Shown: positions 17,875 through 25,526 of the stretch, in pieces | How the letters are laid out: each line of letters starts with the position of its first letter | How positions within the stretch are numbered: the stretch's first letter is position 1 | Origin: Candidatus Micrarchaeum sp. | GTDB lineage: Archaea > Micrarchaeota > Micrarchaeia > CAILAH01 | Direction of reading: 5' to 3' | Assembly: GCA_020723045.1 (NCBI GenBank) | Contig: DYJQ01000001.1 | Location: 7,987 to 34,220 of the forward strand | Length of the DNA stretch: 26,234 nucleotides | Position numbers and translations under genes: made by a program | Notes under the pieces: model-generated | The model's database searches: none | What the model was told of the DNA's origin: nothing | What the model saw: the letters and a program-made list of their open reading frames with translations, nothing else

Positions 17875-20800
17875 TGCTCTTCTCCCTTGTTTCAGGTTTT
17901 CTATTTTCAATGAGTGTGTTGAGCGCCAAGCCCACCACCTTTGATTCCCTGTTCATCTTGCTCACGCCGAACACCGCATCCGCAGATGAGATTATCGTGT
18001 CGTTGTGCGATACAACGATGAACTGGGTTTTTGATGCGAGTTTCTTGAGGAGTTCTGCCACAAGTTTGCTCCTGATCTTATCCAGCGCAGACTCAACTTC
18101 GTCAAGTATGTAGAATGCGGATGGCTTATACATATGTATCGCGAACACTAATAGCAATGCGATTATTGATTTCTCGCCTCCAGACAGGCTCTCGATCCTC
18201 TCCTCCTTATCATCTGCCACTACAACCTTCACATCAAGCCCGCCGGAGAACGGCTCTTCCGGCTTCTGCAACGCCAGGTATGCCTTCCCGCTCGAGAACG
18301 TCTGGCTGAATAGGCCCTGGAAGTTTGCATTGACTTTCTCAAATGCCTCCATGAATACAACAATCTTTCTTTTCTCAACCTCTTTAATCATCAATATGAC
18401 TGCTTCCCGTTCCTTCTCAAGCTTGGCTAGCCTCTCGCTTACCTCCTCAATCTCAGCCTTCCTCTCATCATACATCTTTGGCGCGAGCATGTTAACCTCG
18501 CCCATCGCATTCAACCTGCCTTCCTTTTCGTTCAGCTCCTCTTTAAGCCGTGTTATGCTCCCTTCGATAAGCTCGAACTTATCATCACTCGCCTCTGATT
18601 TCAAATCGACAAGCTTCTGCTCGAGCACAGCCTTTCTTGTCTCCACCTTGCCAAGCTCCAGCATTATCCTCTCCTTATTCCTTGTGTGTGCGCCTTTCTC
18701 CTCAGCCAGCTTGTTGGCGATTGCCTGTACTTCATCACGTGCATGCATAAGCTCCCGTATCATTTTGCTGCTTCTCTCAATCTCATCCTTTTTCTCGGCC
18801 ATCCCGGCTTCAGTCTCCTGCATCCGTCTTATGGTCGAACCAATATCCCTATCGCAACCCTCCATCTCCGCCTTTACACTCTCAATCTCTGAGGCAATAT
18901 CATCTGCATTCTTCCGCAGTATTGCCGACTCTGTGCTGCTGCCCTTCAGCTCCGTCTCAAGCGCCGCAACCTGGCCACCTAGTGCTTCCATCTCCTCTTC
19001 GTTCTCACCGCCCTTGTTGAATAATACCGAATCGATATCGCTTTTCTTCTTCCGCATGGTTGTAAGCTTTTCCTTTGAGCGCATAATATCATTGGCAACC
19101 CTCTCGAGTTCGCCAGCCTTGCCTTTCTTTGTCCTCTCAATCTCTACGATTTCATCTCTCAGCTCTTTTGCTTTTGCCTTAGCCTCCTCAACTTGTGCCG
19201 CACTCTTCATTATCCCTTCAGACTCAATCTGCAGTGCCTTGATGCCTACTTCAATCTCGCTCCTCTCTCTCCTCACCCTAGAAGACTCATCCCTTATCGC
19301 AAACAATTCGCTTATGAGCGCCTCCTTCTCGGCCTGCAGTTTTGCTATCCTCTCCTCAATCTCTGCGGCCTTTTTCCTCTCGGTGATCTTGAGGCTGGAT
19401 GTGAAGAACCCCCCCGTTACAGCACTTGACTTCTCAATAATATCCCCTTCAAGTGTTACTAGCCTGTACTTGCCGACCAAGCCCACATCCTTTGCGGTCT
19501 CAATATCGTTTATGAGCAGTGTGTCCCCGAATACGTAATTCATAGGTGCGGTAAATTTGGGGTCGAATTGTACAAAGTCGATGAGCCTTCCCAGCACACC
19601 GGGGTAGTTGGGGACTTTCATCCCATCGCCCATCTGCATCGTGAGAGGGAGGAATGTGGCCCTTCCGATTTTTCTGTTTCTCAGTTGTGTGATTATCTCA
19701 TTGCTCGCATCTATATTCTCCACTATTATATAATTGAGCCTCCCCCCTACTGCGGACTCAATAGCAATGCCGTACTTGGAATCGAAATTGCAGAGGTCCT
19801 GCACACTCCCATAAATCCCATTCACCACCCCTTTATCCCGCAGCTCTTTTATGAAATTGGCAACCGCTTCTGATTGTACATAGCCGCTCACTGACCTATA
19901 CTTTGAGTATTCCTCCTTCAGTTTCAGCAGTTGTTTATCCGTCTCTGCATTCTGTTCGTTAACCTTCCTCTCCTTGACGAACAGGTCATCTAGCTCCTTC
20001 TTCTTCCTCTCAAGTTCCTTCTCCATCTCCTTTATCTTTCTCTCAATCTCCTTTGCCTCGGCATTAATTTCACTACCGGCCGCACTCTCCAGTTTCTCCA
20101 TCTCCTCTCTCATTGCATTAATCTTGTAATCAGCCTGTGATACTGCAAGCGACAGCTCATTGTACGTTTTTTCCTTTACACCAATCTCGCCTTCCAGTGC
20201 CGCTATCTCATCTGTAAGCCTGATTGATTCATTTGCAAGTGTTGAGTCTCTCTTTTTCGACATGTCCGCCTTAAACTTGAGCTCTTTCAACCGCGCCTTC
20301 AACTCCAAGAGTTTTTTCTCAGTATCGGGTATGTGTATTCCAAACCCTTTCACTCTCTCCTCCACTTCAGCCTTCTTTTTCTCAAGCTCTCCCACTTTCT
20401 TATAGAGCTCCTCCTTCCTCTTGCCCAGTGCATCCCTCTTCTCTGCGAGCACCGCCATCTCAGTTCTCAGCATCTCATACTCACGGTATGCCTTGTTATC
20501 AGTACTGTATCCGTTTATTGAATTTGACAGTTCATTGATTTTAGCGGACTCTGTTCTGATCCTCTCATCAATCCTTGCGATCTCATTCTCAATATCAGAA
20601 ATCTTGGTCTTCATCATCGCATAATTCTTTGTTGCTTCCTCATACTCCGCCTCAACCTTTCTGACTTCATAGTAAATAACACTGTTTCTTAGGTTGGTAA
20701 CGGCTTGCTTGAGCTCTGTGAATGCAACCGCCTTCTCCTTTTCGCCTTCAAGCTCTTTCAAAAACCCCTCCTTCTCCTTCAAAATAAGCTTTGTCTCATC

Positions 20801-21328
20801 AATCCTTCTCTGCACAGTATCGAGCTCTTTGAGTGCCTCATCCCTCTTGGCATCAAACTCTGCTACACCCGCGATCTCATCTATTATCTTTCTCCTCTCG
20901 ACCGCGCCCATCTCCACAATCCTCTGCACTTCACCCTGCCCGATGACGTTGTGTGTGCCGTTCTCAATATCATACTTCTTGAGCAGTTCTATGACCGATC
21001 CTCTCCTGGCGGCCTTTCCATTCATCCTATAACCGCTCTTGCCCTCTCTATTCACCCTCCTCTGTACTGTGATCTCACCGTCAGGGGTCTCCACAACGAG
21101 TGTGACTTCGGCATGATCAGCATCATGGTTGATGAGGTCGCTTATCTTCTTTGCACGAAGTGCCGAGAATTTCATCTCGCCCAGTACGAAACGTATGCTA
21201 TCACACACATTGCTCTTTCCGCTTCCGTTTGGGCCAAATAGTGCTTGGAACCCTCTTACGAACCCTATATCTACCTTTTTGAATGATTTGAAATTCCTGC
21301 ATTTAAGCTTGCTGATGTATGCTCTCAC
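17864..21328 (-). CDS. smc: Chromosome segregation protein SMC
   Basis: NFKSF, GPNGSGKSN (Walker A), Q-loop IGQG, long coiled coils, hinge GIYG...AVGGRL...GRATFLPL, LSGGEKS signature, DEVESALD, FIVVSH. Confidence 0.98.
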   Translation of the reverse strand: MRAYISKLKCRNFKSFKKVDIGFVRGFQALFGPNGSGKSNVCDSIRFVLGEMKFSALRAKKISDLINHDADHAEVTLVVETPDGEITVQRRVNREGKSGYRMNGKAARRGSVIELLKKYDIENGTHNVIGQGEVQRIVEMGAVERRKIIDEIAGVAEFDAKRDEALKELDTVQRRIDETKLILKEKEGFLKELEGEKEKAVAFTELKQAVTNLRNSVIYYEVRKVEAEYEEATKNYAMMKTKISDIENEIARIDERIRTESAKINELSNSINGYSTDNKAYREYEMLRTEMAVLAEKRDALGKRKEELYKKVGELEKKKAEVEERVKGFGIHIPDTEKKLLELKARLKELKFKADMSKKRDSTLANESIRLTDEIAALEGEIGVKEKTYNELSLAVSQADYKINAMREEMEKLESAAGSEINAEAKEIERKIKEMEKELERKKKELDDLFVKERKVNEQNAETDKQLLKLKEEYSKYRSVSGYVQSEAVANFIKELRDKGVVNGIYGSVQDLCNFDSKYGIAIESAVGGRLNYIIVENIDASNEIITQLRNRKIGRATFLPLTMQMGDGMKVPNYPGVLGRLIDFVQFDPKFTAPMNYVFGDTLLINDIETAKDVGLVGKYRLVTLEGDIIEKSSAVTGGFFTSSLKITERKKAAEIEERIAKLQAEKEALISELFAIRDESSRVRRERSEIEVGIKALQIESEGIMKSAAQVEEAKAKAKELRDEIVEIERTKKGKAGELERVANDIMRSKEKLTTMRKKKSDIDSVLFNKGGENEEEMEALGGQVAALETELKGSSTESAILRKNADDIASEIESVKAEMEGCDRDIGSTIRRMQETEAGMAEKKDEIERSSKMIRELMHARDEVQAIANKLAEEKGAHTRNKERIMLELGKVETRKAVLEQKLVDLKSEASDDKFELIEGSITRLKEELNEKEGRLNAMGEVNMLAPKMYDERKAEIEEVSERLAKLEKEREAVILMIKEVEKRKIVVFMEAFEKVNANFQGLFSQTFSSGKAYLALQKPEEPFSGGLDVKVVVADDKEERIESLSGGEKSIIALLLVFAIHMYKPSAFYILDEVESALDKIRSKLVAELLKKLASKTQFIVVSHNDTIISSADAVFGVSKMNRESKVVGLALNTLIENRKPETREKSNEG

Positions 21329-21329
21329 G

Positions 21330-21360
21330 TTAGAATTCTAAGACGGCAGATTTTATAAAT
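21330..21360 (-). promoter_or_regulatory. smc promoter: TATA (ATTTATAAAA) and 12-bp palindrome TTAGAATTCTAA at the probable start site
   Basis: TATA at 21351-21360, about 25 bp upstream of GTG 21328 (leaderless geometry); palindrome at 21330-21341. Confidence 0.5.
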
Positions 21361-21389
21361 GCTCTTCAATCCATATTTAAAACCCTTGC

Positions 21390-21653
21390 TTAAACCTCAA
21401 AGATATCGTCTGGCTCGACCTTTATCCATTGGCCGCTCACGTTTATGTAAAGTGCATCAGTGGGCGAGTCATACACAGCCATATCCGGAGTTGCATCATC
21501 CAATGGCAGGTCGATTGCAATCTTTATCCGAGCCAGCATCCACCCATACTTCCCACTGAATGGGTTTATCTCTATTATAGGGGTGGTCCTGGCCGTGGCC
21601 TTCTTCTTTCTGCACCATCTGATAACTTTATCAATCTCGGTCCTCGGTGGCAT
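21390..21653 (-). CDS. Hypothetical protein (87 aa)
   Basis: GTGA SD-like site before ATG; protein-like composition (MPPRTEIDKVIRWC...YDSPTDALYINVSGQWIKV); fits cleanly between smc and the upstream genes. Confidence 0.7.
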   Translation of the reverse strand: MPPRTEIDKVIRWCRKKKATARTTPIIEINPFSGKYGWMLARIKIAIDLPLDDATPDMAVYDSPTDALYINVSGQWIKVEPDDIFEV

Positions 21654-21666
21654 AGCAATCACATAA

Positions 21667-21771
21667 TTATGGAATTATGGACACAAATAGATATAGAGAT
21701 ATTGCCTCCCGCACATTTTTCTCCGGAATGGTTTTGCCCTGTAAATAGCCGCCCGGCAGTTCTGGGACCAC
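21667..21771 (-). pseudogene. HicB-like (UPF0150/COG1598) antitoxin fragment
   Basis: Manual translation gives VVPELPGGYLQGKTIPEKNVREAISLYL, matching the HicB core xVPELPGCxxQGxTxEEAxxNxxEAIxLYL. It is preceded by an in-frame TGA and lacks the N-terminus and an SD. Confidence 0.7.
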
Positions 21772-21799
21772 TCAGAAACAGTAGTTATTTACATACCCT

Positions 21800-22525
21800 T
21801 TAGAGAAGGTGCATCTTGAGTATGTCATAAACCTTCTTCTGGAACTCCATTGCACTCTCAAATCCCAGCTCCTTATATGAATATAATAAGAGGGGGTGGG
21901 GCGCGAAGTGCATCACCGTGATGCTGTAATTCTCGAACCTGGACATAATAGCCTGCTTGCCCATCACCCTGCTTGTCCCGCCGTATATACCACTCGCGGC
22001 AATCCTGCTATCAGGTAGGATGGCCTTTTCGTTGTGCTCGTGCGTGAACGAGAATGTGAGTGTATGGCTCTCCATCTTCCGTGTCTTTATGTTCATCCCT
22101 TCAACATTCCCATCAAACGCAATCGTGATCTCATTATTCCTCTCCGAGATTTTCAGCTCCTCTTTGCCTAATTGCACTAAAAAGTAGTGGTCAAGCTTTT
22201 CTGCCTCGCCTATTTTCCTTGTAACTGCCTTTGCCAGCAGTATTATCTTGCCGTTTTTGAACCCGATGCTGCGCATGGCACCCGATGCCCAATCCTGCCT
22301 CATCTCCATCCCGTCAATCCGTATACCTTGGTAATACCTTGTGGGTTTTGGGAGTGCAACCCGCGGCTCAAAGTACAGAAGCGGTTCAATGTACGGAAAA
22401 TCCGCTTGTGAGAAGAGGAGTGCATCCTCGGTCTTCATCATCCGTTCTATGTCCTCGAGCATGTACTGGCTGAGCTTGGAAGAATACGTTGCTGCACTGC
22501 TCAGCTTGCTGCAATACTCGCACAT
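21800..22525 (-). CDS. Hypothetical protein (241 aa) starting with CxxC
   Basis: MCEYC..., THEH and HFAPHP motifs. ATG 22525 lies about 25-30 bp from an ATAATAAATA TATA-like site; the track's TTG 22546 is the alternative. Confidence 0.75.
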   Translation of the reverse strand: MCEYCSKLSSAATYSSKLSQYMLEDIERMMKTEDALLFSQADFPYIEPLLYFEPRVALPKPTRYYQGIRIDGMEMRQDWASGAMRSIGFKNGKIILLAKAVTRKIGEAEKLDHYFLVQLGKEELKISERNNEITIAFDGNVEGMNIKTRKMESHTLTFSFTHEHNEKAILPDSRIAASGIYGGTSRVMGKQAIMSRFENYSITVMHFAPHPLLLYSYKELGFESAMEFQKKVYDILKMHLL

Positions 22526-22572
22526 AGCAGTTGATATGGACCGCAATATTTATTATCCTAAAAATAAGGGGG

Positions 22573-22616
22573 GGCGCGTCCCCTTTTATGTGGGGGTGTT
22601 TGATGAGGGACGCGCC
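22573..22616. terminator. GC-rich 10-bp perfect inverted repeat (24-nt spacer), followed on the minus strand by CCCCCTTATTTTT
   Basis: GGCGCGTCCC 22573-22582 / GGGACGCGCC 22607-22616, downstream of the wHTH gene. Confidence 0.45.
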
Positions 22617-22678
22617 GATAAATGTAGCCCTCTATATACTCCGTTTCTCACGCCACCGCTTTGGAGGTGTGTTGAGTG

Positions 22679-23131
22679 TTATTTCATTATGTAATACACT
22701 TTTCTTCCAGCCTGCTTTTTGTCGAGCAAGCCCATCGCATACAGCTTATGCATCCTTGAGCTGGCTGCATTCTTGCCCTTATAGTTGAAGTGCGCCTGCA
22801 CCTCATCCGCTGTTACCATCCTCTTCTGCTTTATGTAGGAGAGCAGTTCAGAGTCGACCTCTCCGAGCAATATTTCTTTCTTTTCTTTCTTCTTGGCCTT
22901 TGCAAGCTCCGCTTCGAGTGATTCAACCTTCATCTCGAGCGACTCCATCTTCCGTATCACTGTTGCGAGCATGCTGTTGGTCCTCTCCCTCTCATCCTTC
23001 AGAGCGACCATGAGCTGTGCCATGAACATGGGGTTTGAGGTGTTTTTCTCTGTGAGCAGTTCATCAGCTGTCGCTGTCTCACATTTATATTTTTTCTCCT
23101 CCAATCCTTTTTGTTGTTCCGTTGCTTCCAT
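22679..23131 (-). CDS. Coiled-coil plus C-terminal winged helix-turn-helix DNA-binding protein
   Basis: Heptad region LKDERERTNSMLATVIRKMESLEMKVESLEAELAK; wHTH LLSYIKQKRMVTADEVQAHF...AASSRMHKLYAMGLLDKKQAGRKVYY. Confidence 0.85.
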   Translation of the reverse strand: MEATEQQKGLEEKKYKCETATADELLTEKNTSNPMFMAQLMVALKDERERTNSMLATVIRKMESLEMKVESLEAELAKAKKKEKKEILLGEVDSELLSYIKQKRMVTADEVQAHFNYKGKNAASSRMHKLYAMGLLDKKQAGRKVYYIMK

Positions 23132-23143
23132 GCATCATCACAC

Positions 23144-23175
23144 TGTCTTGAAACAATCATGACATTGTCATGACA
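23144..23175. promoter_or_regulatory. Putative operator array: three 10-bp TGTCATGACA-type palindromes at 11-bp period
   Basis: TGTCTTGAAA 23144-53, AATCATGACA 23155-64, TGTCATGACA 23166-75; includes the perfect 8-1-8 palindrome TCATGACA-T-TGTCATGA (23157-73). Confidence 0.7.
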
Positions 23176-23195
23176 CTAGCATTACATCATCAAAC

Positions 23196-23203
23196 TTTAT
23201 AAA
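23196..23203. promoter_or_regulatory. Palindromic TATA box TTTATAAA, possibly bidirectional
   Basis: 26 bp upstream of ATG 23222 (+). On the minus strand it places the start site near 23172-23178, in or next to the operator array. Confidence 0.6.
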
Positions 23204-23221
23204 TCTATTGTGGTGCCCATT

Positions 23222-23785
23222 ATGCCGATGAATCCCCCCAAACTCAAGGAGAACATCACAACGCTCTATTCCTCTGTCAAGACGAGGAGCATAAGGGGTC
23301 TGAGGGAGCTTAACAACGTCTTCACACAGGACTTGATGATATACCAGGACCCTCTATACCTCGACCTCTCTCTCGTTACAATCGTCCTTGCAAAGATGAT
23401 AGAGAAGCCAAGGTTTTGGAGGTATAAGGAGTGGAAGAATATCATATTCACAATAGAGGCCATACTCAAAGAGAGCATCAATTTGTGTGATAGTATGGAT
23501 AAGAAGGGCATCTCAAAGAATATGAAGAAGATTCTTACGATGCTGGGCCGTGTTGACAAGAGAGACATGCGCTACGTGGGCTCGATGGTAGAGGAGGGGC
23601 GCATTAAGGTAGGCTCTACGTTGTACGCCCAGGGCATGTCCCTCGGTAATGCCGCATTCCTCTCGGGTGCGCCTAAGGATGCCATACTTAAGTATTCAGG
23701 AAAGACGCTCATATCAGACCGCTTTGGAAAGACCATCTCTTTGAGCGAGAGATTGAGGGGTGTGAAGCCCATATTCAGGGATTAA
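23222..23785 (+). CDS. Hypothetical protein with C-terminal UPF0175-like (COG2886) HTH
   Basis: C-terminal LYAQGMSLGNAAFLSGAPK..I..Y resembles UPF0175 LYxxGxISLGKAAELAG; about 130-aa helical N-terminal extension; leaderless ATG 23222 preferred over GTG 23210. Confidence 0.6.
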   Translation: MPMNPPKLKENITTLYSSVKTRSIRGLRELNNVFTQDLMIYQDPLYLDLSLVTIVLAKMIEKPRFWRYKEWKNIIFTIEAILKESINLCDSMDKKGISKNMKKILTMLGRVDKRDMRYVGSMVEEGRIKVGSTLYAQGMSLGNAAFLSGAPKDAILKYSGKTLISDRFGKTISLSERLRGVKPIFRD

Positions 23786-23807
23786 TGGTGTAGAGTGGTG
23801 TGGGAAG

Positions 23808-24518
23808 ATGCCAAACGATTATTCCGAGATAAACAAGAACTCTATCGTATGCGATGCAAGCTCGCTCATCTCGCTTGCAGAGGCCTGTCTGCTTGATTCA
23901 CTCACGCTTTTGAGGCAGCACATGTATGGGGATTTCATCTACCCTAAGACGGTACGTTTCGAGTCGATTGAATATCCGGTTCAGAAAAAAGAGCATGCAC
24001 TCCGCGCACTCCGGCTCATGGACTTTGAGAAAAGCTCAACAATAAAGATAATCGATGTAGATGTTGGGCAAAATATGAATGAGATTATGAATACCGCAAA
24101 TAATATATTCTCCGCAGCGGGTCGGCCCGTCAGGCTTGTTGATGCAGGCGAGGCGGCACAGCTCGCCCTCTCATATCAATTGGGCATAAAAAATATCCTG
24201 ATCGACGAGCGCACCACGCGCACGTTGATTGAGGCGCCGCTCAAACTGAAACAGCATCTTGAGAACGAGTTCAGGAAGAAGGTCACTGTTAATGAGAAGA
24301 TGATGGACCACTTTCTTGGCTATGCAGAGCACATAAACATCATTCGGAGCTCTGAGCTCATAGTGATGGCATACAAGTACGGCTATTTTGACACATTTGG
24401 CGAGTATAAGGAGAAGGCGCTCGAGAGCGCGCTTTACACCCTCAAGTTTTCGGGTTGCAGTATAAGTTTCGAAGAGATTGAGGAGATGATGCGTGAAATC
24501 AATGCGGGAGCAATCTGA
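23808..24518 (+). CDS. PIN-domain protein, DUF3368/COG2405-like
   Basis: VCDASSLISL, YPKTVRFE, VDAGEAAQLAL, ILIDERTTR; four acidic PIN positions retained. Confidence 0.8.
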   Translation: MPNDYSEINKNSIVCDASSLISLAEACLLDSLTLLRQHMYGDFIYPKTVRFESIEYPVQKKEHALRALRLMDFEKSSTIKIIDVDVGQNMNEIMNTANNIFSAAGRPVRLVDAGEAAQLALSYQLGIKNILIDERTTRTLIEAPLKLKQHLENEFRKKVTVNEKMMDHFLGYAEHINIIRSSELIVMAYKYGYFDTFGEYKEKALESALYTLKFSGCSISFEEIEEMMREINAGAI

Positions 24519-25218
24519 TTCTGACCGGCCGGGGCGTACATATCAGCTTGATTTTAGCGCCCTTGCAAGGCCGGCGGACACCCCAATCATTTACGTGGAC
24601 ACTCGAGAAGAGCCTGCCCTTATAGAGGAGATCAAAAAGAGGGGCTGCATCCCTAAGATGGTGATGCTCGACATCGGCGATTATATCGTCTCTGATAGGG
24701 CGATGGTTGAGCGCAAGACCCGTACCGATTTTGAGAACTCTATTATTGACGGCCGTCTCTTTGACCAGGCGCTCCGCGTTACGCAGGTATATGAAAGGGT
24801 GGTTTATGTAATTGAGGGCCCATCATTTTCAGACCGCATCAATAGGAATGCACTCATGGCGGCGGTCTCTTCACTCATTCTCAACTTCAACATCTCAATG
24901 TTCTTTACTCGCGACATCTCAGCCAGTGCGGAACTTATATGTGCACTCGCAAAGAAAGAGCAGTTGGAGTCATCACGTACAGTGCTCATAAAGAAGCCCA
25001 TCAAGACGAACGATCCTAACATGCAGGTGCTCTATTCAGCATCATCCATCCCCTTCATAGGAGAGAAGATTGCGATGAAGTTGCTTGAAAGATTTGGCAC
25101 ACTCCAGCGTTTATTCGCGGCCACAGAACAGGAGTTGATGGAGGTTGAGGGGGTTGGCAAAAAGCGCGCAAGGGAGATGGCAAAATTTTTCAGGAGGAGG
25201 TTTGTAAAAATAGAATGA
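24493..25218 (+). CDS. XPF/ERCC4 structure-specific endonuclease, short form (nuclease plus HhH2, no helicase)
   Basis: IYVDTRE, GDYIV, VERKTRTD, GRLFDQ, VIEG, IPFIGEK.A..LLERFG, VEGVG.KRA. GTG 24493 has a GAGGAG SD and overlaps the PIN gene; ATG 24502 is the alternative. Confidence 0.95.
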   Translation: MKSMREQSDSDRPGRTYQLDFSALARPADTPIIYVDTREEPALIEEIKKRGCIPKMVMLDIGDYIVSDRAMVERKTRTDFENSIIDGRLFDQALRVTQVYERVVYVIEGPSFSDRINRNALMAAVSSLILNFNISMFFTRDISASAELICALAKKEQLESSRTVLIKKPIKTNDPNMQVLYSASSIPFIGEKIAMKLLERFGTLQRLFAATEQELMEVEGVGKKRAREMAKFFRRRFVKIE

Positions 25219-25243
25219 ATTATTTTATTATGCGCCACTCTGT

Positions 25244-25495
25244 CTAGCTAAGCCTGTCAACATTCATCACGTCAACATTGCTCACGTTCGGAATCTTTTG
25301 CAGCCTCTCCTCAAGCACCGTACTGCCTTCAGCCTCATCTACATAGAATAGCGCGCGCACAGCCTTGATTCCGAACCCTATATCCTCTGTACCAATCTCA
25401 ATTGGCTTGAACCCCGCCTTTATACTTGCAATGAGCTCATCGACCTTATCCGGGTCCTCAGGGGTTATTCTTACCAGCACTGCAACCTGTACCAT
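25244..25495 (-). CDS. ef1b: Archaeal translation elongation factor 1-beta
   Basis: V.V...I.PEDPD...D.L, EDIGFGIKA, E..L..I.NV..V.V..VDRL; GGTGA SD. Confidence 0.93.
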   Translation of the reverse strand: MVQVAVLVRITPEDPDKVDELIASIKAGFKPIEIGTEDIGFGIKAVRALFYVDEAEGSTVLEERLQKIPNVSNVDVMNVDRLS

Positions 25496-25526
25496 ATTAC
25501 GTTCACCGCTTTAATTTTTAGCAGAA

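Noticed and set aside
18330-19538. 402-aa plus-strand ORF and other long antisense ORFs (219-815, 10916-11509, 14011-14628, 15165-15839)
   Set aside because: Ser/Phe/Leu-rich mirrors of well-supported genes on the opposite strand
21390-21653. 87-aa gene as the HicA partner of the HicB relic
   Set aside because: Lacks the HicA G-S-H motif and dsRBD-like pattern
22573-22616. Hairpin as SECIS, H/ACA or C/D guide RNA
   Set aside because: Contains TGATGA but no matching CTGA box, K-turn, GAA/A motif or terminal ACA; no in-frame UGA selenoprotein candidate nearby
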